Origin: a bacterium
Lineage (GTDB): Bacteria > CLD3 > SB21
Length of the DNA: 64,000 nucleotides
Direction of reading: 5' to 3'
Assembly: GCA_013360215.1 (NCBI GenBank)
Contig: JABWCP010000004.1
Location: 1-64,000 of the forward strand
This document shows, piece after piece, positions 9,145 to 19,226 of the stretch. Under the pieces are notes generated by a model. That model was given only the letters and a program-made list of their open reading frames with translations. It was not told where the DNA came from and ran no database searches. Within the stretch, counting starts at the first letter, position 1, and the number at the start of each line of letters is the position of its first letter. Made by a program: the position numbers and the translations under genes.

Positions 9145-9179
9145 AAAAAACCGCCGGGTATTAATATCACACCCGGCGG
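9145..9179 (-). terminator. Rho-independent terminator of the amidase gene
   Basis: ccgccgggt/acccggcgg stem followed by T6 on the minus strand. Confidence 0.8.
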
Positions 9180-9211
9180 CTCTAAAATTTTGGTTTGAAA
9201 GTAAGTTATAG

Positions 9212-10879
9212 TTAGAAACGTAAACCCGGATGCCGCTTATGATAATCCGTCGCATCTTGGTATTGTTTGGCTAACGCTAAAATTTCAGCTTCACCGAAAA
9301 GTTTTCCCATAAAACACACGCTGGTTGGAAGATTACGTTCTGTAAATCCGTTAGGTACGACCACACACGGATGACCGGTCAAATTGGTAAGTATCAGGTT
9401 GTCGCCTTCAAACGGAGGAGCGATATATACATCTATCGTGTCCATCAGGCTTTGCATATCTTGAATAAGCTGAGTACGAATGCGATTGGCTTGAATATAT
9501 TCAACCGCCGGGATAAAGCGTGAAGCACGAAACACAGTGGGCCATGCGTTTTTTATTTGCCGAACAAGTTGATCATCCTTACCGCTGCGCGTCAGTTCGT
9601 CAAAAGCCGCCCCCGCCTCCGCCGATAAGATGATCGCCATATCATACACCGGATATTGCGGCAACTGGATCGGGGTCAATTTTGCACCCAGTTTTCTCAA
9701 TACAGCCAGCGTCGTATCGTAATAGGCTTTGCGCGTAGAATCTCTATCCATATCCGATTTCAGATACCCGATACGCAGATTGCTGATTTTCAAAGAAGCG
9801 TCGTAATTGAATGCCGCATCCACCAAGGTTTTATCCAAACCGTCCGGTCCGTACATAGCATTAAATATCAGTGCACAATCTTCCGCTGAACGTGCGATAG
9901 GCCCGATCTTATCCATTGACCAACTAAGTGCCATAGCACCATAACGACTTACACGACCATATGTCGGTCGCAGACCGCTCGTTCCGCATTCCGTCGAAGG
10001 AGATACGATCGAACCCCAGGTTTCAGTCCCGATTGCGAAAGGCAGCAATCCGGCTGAAACCGCCGACGCGGAGCCGGCCGATGAACCGCTTGATCCGCGT
10101 GTCGTATCCCAAGGATTACGCGTTTTACCGCCGTACCACACATCACCCCAAGCCAATTCGCCCATAGTTAATTTAGCAACAAGTACCGCTCCCGCTTCTT
10201 CCAATCTACGAACAACCGTCGCATCTTCGTCAATGAGTTGCTCTTTATATGGTACAGAGCCCCATGTCGTCTTATAACCTACCGTCGCCAGGAGATCTTT
10301 GACGCCGTAAGGAATGCCGTGCAATGGGCCGCGATATTTGCCTTGAGCAATTTCGGCGTCGGCTTTGCGTGCTTGTTTGATAGCTAATCCTTCGGTGATC
10401 GTAATCACATTTTCGAGTTTGGGCCCGTAACGTCGCAAACGATCTAAAAACATTTTGGTCAACAATTCAGACGTAACCTTTTTGTTTTTGATAAGCCACG
10501 CCAACTCACTGACCGAATAATACGCGAGATCCTCCAATGCCGGCGGCGGTATCACGTTATCCAAACGCGCCGGTTTGAATGATTTTTTATCCTGATCTAT
10601 TTTAAATCCGACGGGGATAGGATTGAACTGCAACGCCGGCGCAACGGAATTATCCAGTTTGATTTTTCGCATCGCTTCGTAGTTACCCAGCTGTTCCTGC
10701 AGAGACTCCAGCATCGAATCACGCTTGGCCTCGTTGAACTGCAATCCGAAAAGTTTCTCGGCGTGAGCGATCATATCTTTGGTTAGGGTTATTTTACCCT
10801 TTTCCTGCAATACCATACCAAGCAAAAGCACAGCGGTTATCGCGGAAATAAATAAAACGATCCGGCGAGTCGGTTTCAT
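9212..10879 (-). CDS. Exported amidase-signature family enzyme (GatA-like amidase)
   Basis: GPLHGIPYGVKD, SSGSSAGSASAV, GTETWGSIVSP; N-terminal signal/TM segment. Confidence 0.92.
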   Translation of the reverse strand: MKPTRRIVLFISAITAVLLLGMVLQEKGKITLTKDMIAHAEKLFGLQFNEAKRDSMLESLQEQLGNYEAMRKIKLDNSVAPALQFNPIPVGFKIDQDKKSFKPARLDNVIPPPALEDLAYYSVSELAWLIKNKKVTSELLTKMFLDRLRRYGPKLENVITITEGLAIKQARKADAEIAQGKYRGPLHGIPYGVKDLLATVGYKTTWGSVPYKEQLIDEDATVVRRLEEAGAVLVAKLTMGELAWGDVWYGGKTRNPWDTTRGSSGSSAGSASAVSAGLLPFAIGTETWGSIVSPSTECGTSGLRPTYGRVSRYGAMALSWSMDKIGPIARSAEDCALIFNAMYGPDGLDKTLVDAAFNYDASLKISNLRIGYLKSDMDRDSTRKAYYDTTLAVLRKLGAKLTPIQLPQYPVYDMAIILSAEAGAAFDELTRSGKDDQLVRQIKNAWPTVFRASRFIPAVEYIQANRIRTQLIQDMQSLMDTIDVYIAPPFEGDNLILTNLTGHPCVVVPNGFTERNLPTSVCFMGKLFGEAEILALAKQYQDATDYHKRHPGLRF

Positions 10880-11209
10880 ACAAAATCCTCATTAGATTTG
10901 GATAGAAAAATATACGAATACCTTAGATAAAACAAAGCCTCTTATTGTAAACGAATAATTTATTAGCAAATGGTAATCTGTCACGAAAGCTGATTAACGT
11001 TTTTTGGGCTTTATAAGCTCCGCAAAAACGGATGCCCTGCGATATGTTCAAAAAAAACGCTCGCAAAGTCGCAAAGCATTAAAAAGGTTAGCATGCTTTT
11101 CTCTTAGCACCTTGGCGAGAATAGCCACTTCGTTTCTCTTACAGACAATACTCTGGTGTGACGCCCGGAATTTAGCATTCTCTAGTATATTTTAGAAGGG
11201 CTCGCTTAT

Positions 11210-12787
11210 TTATTCGAATAATCCGCCAACCCACATGCGAAATCCACCCCACGCTTCGCGCCAACTCATCCATTTCTCTGAATCCAAGTCCGAAGTTATA
11301 ACTGGTCGTTTATCATGATCGGCTATTTTGATGATTGAGCGAGCCACGGTTTCTGTTTGACCGGCCATAATTTTAAAACTCACAGGCGCTTTGTATAATT
11401 CATCCGTTGTTTGATGGTAGTAATTCATAAAGTATTCCATACCACTTTTCATTTCACTGATCGGAAGACCGCATGCAATGTGGATGGACGGAATACCTGC
11501 CCTAGCGAATACTACCGCATCGCTGCGATAAAAAAACGAGGGAATCGTATTAGACCCCACACGCACACCGGACTCATCGGCCGCATCTTCGATGAAATCA
11601 CCCATATTATTGTATTCCGCACCAAGTAAAGTGACATAAGGTTCTTCGGATTTATAATAATACCCCGTGATGTCCAAATTGATATTGGCAATAATTTGGG
11701 ATTGGGGTATCGGCAGATGATCGGTAAAATATTGCGATCCGATAAATCCCATTTCCTCTGCGCCGGTTGCAACAAAAAGTACACTACGCCGGGGTTTTGT
11801 TTGCGATGAATACAACATTCGCGCCGCTTCCAACATAGTCGCCACTCCGGACGCATTGTCTAACATACCATTACAGATGGAGTCCCCGTTGATTTTTTTA
11901 CCAACACCAATATGGTCATAGTGTGCGGTTACGACGATATATTCGTTGGCCAGATCCGTACCTTCTAATTTGCCGATCACATTGGCGCTTTTAAGCCAGT
12001 ATCCGTCTATACGCGTATTAATTCTGACCGGTGCGGTAAGCTTCATCACAGGCTCAATACGTTCTTGTGTTATGTTGAAATAACGTTGAATGAAGGCGTA
12101 TCCGTTCTGTATAGATATCCAAAAAAAATTATCAGAAAAAGGCCGATACACCTCTGAATACGATGCAGAATTGAATCGTTTTTTATTTGACCCCGGGTTG
12201 TTCTCCAGCAAAACAAGTCCCCGTGCACCACGGGTTCTTGCCCAAGATGCCAACTGCATGTGATCATAATTTAAAGGTTCACCAAGACGCGTACGATCAA
12301 TCAGTGACGGCTGGAGCGCAACGACGATTTTACCGTGAACATCATTTCCACCGTATGCATCGTACGATTTTCCGGGCCCATCAATGCCATATCCCAGAAA
12401 AACCATGTCACTCTCGATTTCAGATCTTTTCTCCGGCACTTCATAGGTCGAAAAATCGGTAAGATAACGCAACGTATCCTCATTGATAATAACATACGAA
12501 GAGGCGTTGATGCGCCCGCGCGGCAGAAGAAACGGTTGTAAGTAGCTCGTACCGATAAACGGGCTTAAACCGATGTTTTGGAATTGATTTTCAATGTAGG
12601 ATGCTGTTTTTTGTTCGCCCTCATAACCGGCTCTGCGTCCGCGCATGCTATCGTGCGACATGGTCATTACGTGATGTTTCAGTCGCGTCGTATCGGCGGA
12701 CATGTTTTTGGTTTGGGCTACAGATGTCCAAGCTAATGCTGATATAAATTGCAGACATATAAAAACAATGACCCTCGTATGCGCCAT
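11210..12787 (-). CDS. M28 family peptidase with PA domain
   Basis: NVIGKLEG, TAHYDHIG, NGMLDNASG, GAEEMGFIGS, RSD, YYHQTTD. Confidence 0.9.
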   Translation of the reverse strand: MAHTRVIVFICLQFISALAWTSVAQTKNMSADTTRLKHHVMTMSHDSMRGRRAGYEGEQKTASYIENQFQNIGLSPFIGTSYLQPFLLPRGRINASSYVIINEDTLRYLTDFSTYEVPEKRSEIESDMVFLGYGIDGPGKSYDAYGGNDVHGKIVVALQPSLIDRTRLGEPLNYDHMQLASWARTRGARGLVLLENNPGSNKKRFNSASYSEVYRPFSDNFFWISIQNGYAFIQRYFNITQERIEPVMKLTAPVRINTRIDGYWLKSANVIGKLEGTDLANEYIVVTAHYDHIGVGKKINGDSICNGMLDNASGVATMLEAARMLYSSQTKPRRSVLFVATGAEEMGFIGSQYFTDHLPIPQSQIIANINLDITGYYYKSEEPYVTLLGAEYNNMGDFIEDAADESGVRVGSNTIPSFFYRSDAVVFARAGIPSIHIACGLPISEMKSGMEYFMNYYHQTTDELYKAPVSFKIMAGQTETVARSIIKIADHDKRPVITSDLDSEKWMSWREAWGGFRMWVGGLFE

Positions 12788-12802
12788 GTATTCTCCACTT
12801 TT

Positions 12803-12836
12803 AAAAAAATTAACCCGCTTGTTTTTGAAGCGGGTT
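12803..12836 (-). terminator. Rho-independent terminator
   Basis: aacccgctt/aagcgggtt stem with a T-run on the minus strand after 12863. Confidence 0.6.
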
Positions 12837-12862
12837 GTATAAAAATATTTTATTAACCAAGA

Positions 12863-13468
12863 TTACGATTTTTTCCACTTGATCGTACAGCCGATAGCTT
12901 TGGTGAATGTCGTACTCGGCTTTTGGCCTTTGAGTAGAGCATCCACGGCCCACTCGACGTATTTATTTTTTGCCGCCGATGCGTTTTCGGTGTTTTCATC
13001 AATAGCACCGATATAAGCCACTTCTAATCCGGCGGATGTTTTTTGGAGAACATACATGTGCGGAGTGCGCGTTGCGCCATATGCACGAGCTATGTTTTGC
13101 GTTTCATCTACCAAGTATGGAAACGTATAACCTTTTTCTTTGGCACGGGCGATCATATTTTCATACGAATCTTCAGGATATCCTACCGGATCATTAGGAT
13201 TGATCGCAATCACCGGATAACCAAGCGGTCTGTATTTTTTATCCAGCGCCATGATACGTTCCTCATAGGCTTTGGCATAAGGACAATGATTGCAGGTAAA
13301 AGTAACGATAAAACCTTTAGCGTCTTTATAATCGGCAAGCGACACTGTTTTCCCGTCTATATTTTTCAGACGAAAATCTATCGCTTTATCGCCGACGTTA
13401 TAACCCTGAGCTAACAGGGAAATCTGAAAAATCATCGCGATGAGGGATAACCAAAGAAAACGTTTCAT
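12863..13468 (-). CDS. Exported thioredoxin-family (AhpC/TSA-like) protein
   Basis: FTCNHCPY, YPVIAINPND, YGATRTP, IGCTIKW. Confidence 0.9.
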   Translation of the reverse strand: MKRFLWLSLIAMIFQISLLAQGYNVGDKAIDFRLKNIDGKTVSLADYKDAKGFIVTFTCNHCPYAKAYEERIMALDKKYRPLGYPVIAINPNDPVGYPEDSYENMIARAKEKGYTFPYLVDETQNIARAYGATRTPHMYVLQKTSAGLEVAYIGAIDENTENASAAKNKYVEWAVDALLKGQKPSTTFTKAIGCTIKWKKS

Positions 13469-13471
13469 GGT

Positions 13472-13969
13472 TCATTGCCTTTCAATAAAATGAAATATGC
13501 TTTGTTTTAGATCGTCATAGGATTCAAATTTTCGCTCGATGAGTTTACGTTCACCGGTGGAAGGGCGAATCAACAGCGTAGCCGGTATCGCACCGCTCCA
13601 GTCGTGGTGCATCCGATTGATATACACATTGGCATCCGATTCGTCCAGAAGAATCACCGGCGCTTTCAATCGCTGTTTGATCACAAACGGTTTTACCTTG
13701 GACTCCAGTTGTGAAGCAAAATCCAAACTGACTAACATAACCGATACGTTTCTTTTCTCAGATTTATAATTCGCAGCATTTTGGTATAACGAATCAAACA
13801 GCGGTAATTCCTCAATACAAGGACTGCACCACGTAGCCCAAAAATTGACAACAAGGACACTGTCCCTATTAAGCATTAATCGTCGTTCAAGTTCAGGCAG
13901 TGACACTTTTTCCACTTGTCCCATTACAGAACAAGTTATCAACCACAGTAAAAGAAAATTCCGACGCAT
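13472..13969 (-). CDS. TlpA/ResA-like disulfide reductase
   Basis: VVNFWATWCSPCIEELP, WSGAIPATL. Confidence 0.9.
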   Translation of the reverse strand: MRRNFLLLWLITCSVMGQVEKVSLPELERRLMLNRDSVLVVNFWATWCSPCIEELPLFDSLYQNAANYKSEKRNVSVMLVSLDFASQLESKVKPFVIKQRLKAPVILLDESDANVYINRMHHDWSGAIPATLLIRPSTGERKLIERKFESYDDLKQSIFHFIERQ

Positions 13970-13992
13970 TTTTTATCAGGGATTTAATAAAA

Positions 13993-14022
13993 CCAGGCAA
14001 GGCACAGGATGTGGCTTGCCTG
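13993..14022 (-). terminator. Hairpin/terminator after the permease-SRPBCC transcript
   Basis: caggcaag...cttgcctg stem, followed by gttttatt on the minus strand. Confidence 0.5.
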
Positions 14023-14083
14023 ACAATTTATTATACAGGAGCTGGTGTTTTTACGTTAGCGGTTACGAAAAAGTTTCAATCCC

Positions 14084-14521
14084 TTAAAGCGCTTCGACGC
14101 AGGATTTCAGTTTAATCAAATCCCCGTCTTGAAGTTTTTAGAATACCCCCTTCATCAGCGGCATCATCAGTTTGAAAAGGAAGGTGTGGAAGGTTACGTG
14201 AACTGTCGCGGTCATTTGTGTATGAGTACCATCGATCTCAATAAATTCGGTCTTGATGACAGATCGCATACTTTGATGATCCAGTGTGCCGTGAAAACGT
14301 TGATATTTTTCTTTAAGCGTTATTTCTTCGATCATCTCGATGGTACGACCGCGTTCTTCATACACATGCTTTGCTTTCGCGCCGACCTCTCCCTGCGTAC
14401 CACAGATCGGTTCTAACCGCTTAAATCCGGTAAGCCACAGAAGTAAATTGGCGGGATTATCAAAAAACGTTCACACTTCTTTTACCGGGCGACGAATCGA
14501 AACGCGGCTAATGATCGTCAC
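14084..14521 (-). pseudogene. SRPBCC (START-like) family pseudogene with two in-frame stops
   Basis: GTG 14521: VTIISRVSIRRPVKEV*TFFDNPANLLLW...MKGVF*KLQDGDLIKLKSCVEAL. TGA at 14471-14473 sits at the conserved Trp; TAA at 14138-14140. Confidence 0.75.
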
Positions 14522-14533
14522 ACTAAAATTCTT

Positions 14534-16204
14534 TTATGATTTGGACTCCGAAAGGTGACTGTTTTTATAACCGTACATAAAATACACCGAAAGCCCTACA
14601 GCCATCCATATAAAAAAGACAAACCAGCTTTTGACGGGTATTTCGATCATCAGGTATAAACAACACATCATGCCGAGTATCGGTATGAGAGAATAGTTTC
14701 GCACAAACGTAAGCACCGCCATCACAACGGCGATAACCATAAAAATGAGGAACAACACTTCCTGATACGCTTCGTTGCCGATATGCGTCATCGCGCTGCC
14801 GATACGATCGGAAAAGAAATATATAAAAACCAGCAACAGCAAAGGCACAATCCATTTACCATTGATATAAGGCAAATGGAAACGGTTATCATCCTGTTCC
14901 TTTTTCGCCGGCAAAAGTAATACGCCGCCGCATACTAAGACAAATGCGAACAGTGTCCCGATACTCGTCAGGTCGGTAACGATGCCGCCTTCGATAAAAA
15001 GCGCAGGAATCGCCACGATCACGCCGGTGACAATCGTTGCAAAGCCGGGTGTATGGTATTTCGGATGAATCTCGGCAAATTTTTTAGGAAGCAGCCCGTC
15101 ACGACTCATACTCATCCAAATGCGCGGCTGGCCGATCTGAAACACCAAAAGAACACTTGTCGCCGCCACGACGGCGCTGAACGAAATAATATACCCGAGT
15201 TTTTCCATCTGGATTTTTTCAAACACATACGCGAGCGGATCCGATACGCCTTGAAATTCTTTGTAATTGACCATACCCGTGATCACCAATGTTGTGATCA
15301 CATAAATGATCGTACAAATGATCAGCGAATACATCATACCGCGCGGTAAATCCCGTTTGGGATTGGAACATTCCTCCGCCGTAGTGGAAATCGCATCAAA
15401 ACCGATATATGCAAAAAACACGGCGGATACGCCTTTGAGCACGCCCGTAAAATCATTGGGCATGAACGGTGTCCAGTTATCCGTATTAATATAAAAAACA
15501 CCGACTGCGATCACGACAAATAGCACCAACAATTTGAGAGCAACCATCAGATTGGCACTGTTTTTACTCTCTTTGATACCGACATAAGCCAAAATCGTAA
15601 TTAAAATGACGATTATACAAGCCGGTAAATTCATCACTACTTTCAGACCCGCAAAACTCGGAGCCATAGTCCAAACTAACTGATCGGTCGGCAAGTTATT
15701 CCGAAGTGCATCCTGGTAAATGTTACGTGCCGTCTGGTAATCCACCGTAAGCCACACCGGAAGATGCAAACCAAGCCCTTCCAGAAGATTATTGAAATAA
15801 CTGCTCCAGGAAATCGCCACGACGATATTACCGATGGCGTATTCCAGTATCAGCGCCCAGCCGATAATCCATGCGATAACTTCGCCAAATGTGACGTACG
15901 AATAAGTATAAGCGCTACCGGCTACGGGAACGCGGCTTGCAAACTCCGCATAACATAAAGCGGTAAACCCGCACGTCACAGCCGTGATCAAAAACAAAAA
16001 AATCACGCCGGGTCCGCCGTCATACGCGGCTGCACCGATCGTGGAAAAAATACCGGCGCCAATCACAGCCGCGACACCAAGCGCCGTAAGATCCCGTACA
16101 CCAAATGTTTTGGATAGATGCGGCGTATGCGCGTCGGAAATACCCTCCTCGGCTTCGCGCATAATTTTATCAATAGATTTTGTCCTGAAAAGCGAATTTG
16201 CCAT
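14534..16204 (-). CDS. Amino acid permease (APC/CAT family)
   Basis: LGVAAVIGAGIF, CYAEFASRVPVAGSAYTY, FFAYIGFDAISTTAEE, MSRDGLLP; many TM helices. Confidence 0.95.
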   Translation of the reverse strand: MANSLFRTKSIDKIMREAEEGISDAHTPHLSKTFGVRDLTALGVAAVIGAGIFSTIGAAAYDGGPGVIFLFLITAVTCGFTALCYAEFASRVPVAGSAYTYSYVTFGEVIAWIIGWALILEYAIGNIVVAISWSSYFNNLLEGLGLHLPVWLTVDYQTARNIYQDALRNNLPTDQLVWTMAPSFAGLKVVMNLPACIIVILITILAYVGIKESKNSANLMVALKLLVLFVVIAVGVFYINTDNWTPFMPNDFTGVLKGVSAVFFAYIGFDAISTTAEECSNPKRDLPRGMMYSLIICTIIYVITTLVITGMVNYKEFQGVSDPLAYVFEKIQMEKLGYIISFSAVVAATSVLLVFQIGQPRIWMSMSRDGLLPKKFAEIHPKYHTPGFATIVTGVIVAIPALFIEGGIVTDLTSIGTLFAFVLVCGGVLLLPAKKEQDDNRFHLPYINGKWIVPLLLLVFIYFFSDRIGSAMTHIGNEAYQEVLFLIFMVIAVVMAVLTFVRNYSLIPILGMMCCLYLMIEIPVKSWFVFFIWMAVGLSVYFMYGYKNSHLSESKS

Positions 16205-16439
16205 GCGATTTACTTTACACTATGTTGAGAAATTGAGATTGGATTACAGAAAAGCGTTGGGCATTGTACATATTTTATCATCCTATATCAAGTAGAGATT
16301 AGATCGCTTAAAGTTTAATCTCCAATTAAGTGTGCGCGTTTTTTTAACATTAAAGCTTTTTAACTATGACGCAACGATCGATTTTAGCAATTTATTATCA
16401 TAAATCACGGTAAATGCATCGCATAATGTAACATAATCT

Positions 16440-17771
16440 ATGTCGGAAACGATTTTAACGCTTATCATCAGTGTATCACTTTTTGCATTGGTATTTATCC
16501 CTTACCTTTGGTACACCAACAAAAAACGAGCGCGTTTCGAAGCCAAAAAAAGGGAAGCTATCACACTGGGGCATGATAAACCGGTAGCCCAGCATCCCTT
16601 GATCGATCAATCCCGCTGTATCGGTTGTGCGGCCTGTGTGATCGCCTGCCCCGAACATGCACTGGGCATGATTGATGGTTTGGCGGAACTCGTTTACCCG
16701 GCCAAATGTGTCGGCCATGGCATTTGTGCCGAAGCGTGTCCGGTGTCCGGCATTCGTATCGTACTCGATCCGACCAAATCCACCACAGAATTACCTTTGT
16801 TAGATGAATCGTTTCAATCCAATATACCTAATCTTTTTTTGATCGGTGAATTAGGCGGTATGGCGCTTATACGAAACGCCATTTTTCAGGGCCGTTCTGT
16901 GATCGAATATATTACCGAAAACGTACGAAATACCGATTCTTCATCCACATCGTCCGATATTCACGATGTCGTCATCGTAGGTGCCGGTCCTGCAGGACTC
17001 AGTGCAGGACTGACGGCCAAAAAGAACGGATTAGACTATGTGCTTCTCGAAAAAGAAACTCAAGCGGGCGGGGCTATTTTGAGTTATCCGCGTCAAAAAC
17101 TTGTAATGACGACATCGGTGGAAATTCCGCTTTACGGATTACTCAAACAGCGTGAGTTATCCAAAGAAACTCTGCTCTCCATGTGGAATGACATTATCCA
17201 AAAAACCGATTTAGCTGTCCGCTGTGATGAAAAAATAGTGAATGTAAACTGTGAAAATAAAATTTTTACCGTGTACACAGCCGCCGGGCATACATACCGG
17301 TCACGCCACGTTGTCTTGGCGCTCGGTCGCCGAGGTACGCCCAAAAAACTACAAATTCCCGGAGAAGATTTGCCAAAAGTGGCATACCAACTTCTTGAAA
17401 CCGTACGCTACAAACATAGCCGTTCACTGGTCGTGGGGGCAGGCGACAGCGCGATCGAAGCCGCACTTGCTTTATCCAAACAAACCGGGGCCGAAGTCAC
17501 TTTGATCAATCGCGGTGGAGATTTTTATCGTGCCAAACCTAAAAATCAAGATCGTATCCGTGACGCGGAACGGGATCAGAAAATAAAAATTTATTACCAA
17601 TCTCATGTTTTACAAATTGATCCGACGTCGGTACTTATTCAGGCATCGAACGGGCCGGTATCGGTAGAAAATGATTTTGTATTTATTTTTGCCGGCGGTG
17701 AAATGCCGACTCCGTTCCTTAAACAAATCGGGATCGAATTCATTCAAAAATCCAAGGTGATCGCAGCATGA
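16440..17771 (+). CDS. Membrane-anchored ferredoxin-domain FAD/NAD(P)H oxidoreductase (TrxB/FNR-like, no CxxC active site)
   Basis: N-terminal TM; CIGCAACVIACP and CVGHGICAEACP; VVIVGAGPAGLSA (FAD); LVVGAGDSAIEAA...INRG (NAD(P)H). Confidence 0.88.
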   Translation: MSETILTLIISVSLFALVFIPYLWYTNKKRARFEAKKREAITLGHDKPVAQHPLIDQSRCIGCAACVIACPEHALGMIDGLAELVYPAKCVGHGICAEACPVSGIRIVLDPTKSTTELPLLDESFQSNIPNLFLIGELGGMALIRNAIFQGRSVIEYITENVRNTDSSSTSSDIHDVVIVGAGPAGLSAGLTAKKNGLDYVLLEKETQAGGAILSYPRQKLVMTTSVEIPLYGLLKQRELSKETLLSMWNDIIQKTDLAVRCDEKIVNVNCENKIFTVYTAAGHTYRSRHVVLALGRRGTPKKLQIPGEDLPKVAYQLLETVRYKHSRSLVVGAGDSAIEAALALSKQTGAEVTLINRGGDFYRAKPKNQDRIRDAERDQKIKIYYQSHVLQIDPTSVLIQASNGPVSVENDFVFIFAGGEMPTPFLKQIGIEFIQKSKVIAA

Positions 17772-18646
17772 ATAAACGAATGCATCGCTGGTACATCCTT
17801 TCGATGACAGTTGCAGGATTCATCGTTGTTTTCAGTATCGGAATTTACGGCTGGGATTATTACGGCACACCGCTTCCTTTGCGACCCGATCATGCACAAC
17901 ACGGATTATTAAGCCCTACCGGTTTTTGGGGCCACGGGATGGGTTTCATCGGTGCATTCCTTATGACATTCGGCGTACTATTGTATTCCTTACGAAAACG
18001 AGCCCGATGGATGGCTGCTGTCGGGCAGATCAAACACATACTTGAACTGCATATTTTTTTGTGCCTTCTCGGACCTGCATTGATCGTGTTTCATTCCGCA
18101 TTCAAGTTTGGTGGTATTATCGGAGTAAGTTTTTGGTGTATGGTGATCGTCGTCGCAAGCGGGGTTATCGGTCGCTATCTATATCTTCAAATTCCAAAAA
18201 CCATTACAGGTCGGGAAATCACACCAATCGAATTGGAAAAGCAAATCACCACACTGCGTGATCGCTTGCAGAAAGATGACGGCATAGAAGAAGATCTTTT
18301 ACAGCGTTTAGACGCGCTTTCCGCCGCATTTACAAAAACCTCGCGACTCTCGATCATTCGTGCTTTTCCGGCAATGATGATACAAAACATACGTCACGAT
18401 GCGCGGGTTCGCACCCTACTTCAGGAGTTTGAAAAAAACCGTAACCCGCTTTCGTCAGACGCCCATACACGACTGACCTTGAAAGCGCATCTGCAACGCC
18501 AATTGGCCAATCTCACGCTTACACAAAAAATGTTTCGGTACTGGCACATGTTTCACCTTCCGTTTGCCGTAGTCATGTTCATCATCATGATAGCTCATAT
18601 AGTGACGGCTTTTTTATTCGGCTACGGATGGATTTTTACGTCATGA
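17768..18646 (+). CDS. Polytopic membrane protein with His residues in TM helices (heme-b / ferric-reductase-like TM domain)
   Basis: About 5 TMs; GHGMGFIG, YSLRKR, LELHIFL, VFHSAF, SGVIGRYLY, WHMFHLP, AHIV; ATGA overlap with the upstream gene. Confidence 0.7.
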   Translation: MNKRMHRWYILSMTVAGFIVVFSIGIYGWDYYGTPLPLRPDHAQHGLLSPTGFWGHGMGFIGAFLMTFGVLLYSLRKRARWMAAVGQIKHILELHIFLCLLGPALIVFHSAFKFGGIIGVSFWCMVIVVASGVIGRYLYLQIPKTITGREITPIELEKQITTLRDRLQKDDGIEEDLLQRLDALSAAFTKTSRLSIIRAFPAMMIQNIRHDARVRTLLQEFEKNRNPLSSDAHTRLTLKAHLQRQLANLTLTQKMFRYWHMFHLPFAVVMFIIMIAHIVTAFLFGYGWIFTS

Positions 18647-18653
18647 GGCGACT

Positions 18654-19226
18654 ATGAATAGTAACGTACATTATTTGCTATGGTTTGTCGCTCTTTTCAC
18701 ATCTCTGATCCTGAGCGCCGTCGCCTTAGACGGATTATTGCATTACCTGAATATGGCGTGGGTAGGACGCTATTTGGGAATCATCGGAACTGTGACTTTA
18801 TTGATTTCCTTTTTGTATAGCGCACGAAAACGAAAATTGGTTAGCCGTGGCAATATGCCGTCATGGCTGCGCTCACATGAATACCTTGCGTGGTGCGGAA
18901 CCATGATGATTCTCGTGCATGGCGGTATTCACTTTAATGCATGGCTACCCTGGTATGCATTGATCGCGATGGTGATCGCTGCTGCAAGCGGACTTATCGG
19001 GAAGCTTCTCATGCGACGGTCACAAGATTTACTGACGGAAAAAACAAAAGATTTACGGCAAATCGGTTTGTCCGATACTGAAATTCGTGAGCGAATTTAC
19101 TGGGATGCATTGACTTTTAGTCTTATGCGTAGATGGCGCTCGGTTCATATACCGGTTACACTTATGTTTGCTATACTTTCAATTTATCACATTATAGCCA
19201 TTCTGATATTTTGGTCATGGCGATGA
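18654..19226 (+). CDS. Paralogous His-containing membrane protein (heme-b-like)
   Basis: LGIIG, YSARKR, LRSHEYL, LVHGGIH, SGLIGK, WRSVHIP, YHII; same motif order as 17768-18646. Confidence 0.7.
   Translation: MNSNVHYLLWFVALFTSLILSAVALDGLLHYLNMAWVGRYLGIIGTVTLLISFLYSARKRKLVSRGNMPSWLRSHEYLAWCGTMMILVHGGIHFNAWLPWYALIAMVIAAASGLIGKLLMRRSQDLLTEKTKDLRQIGLSDTEIRERIYWDALTFSLMRRWRSVHIPVTLMFAILSIYHIIAILIFWSWR

Noticed and set aside
14471-14473. TGA read-through (genetic code 4/25 or selenocysteine)
   Set aside because: The same gene has a second (TAA) stop, and many intact genes in the window terminate at TGA.
16296-16439. FNR/Fur/Rex box upstream of the cytochrome operon
   Set aside because: Only weak AT-rich partial matches; no TTGAT-N4-ATCAA or convincing Fur/Rex palindrome.
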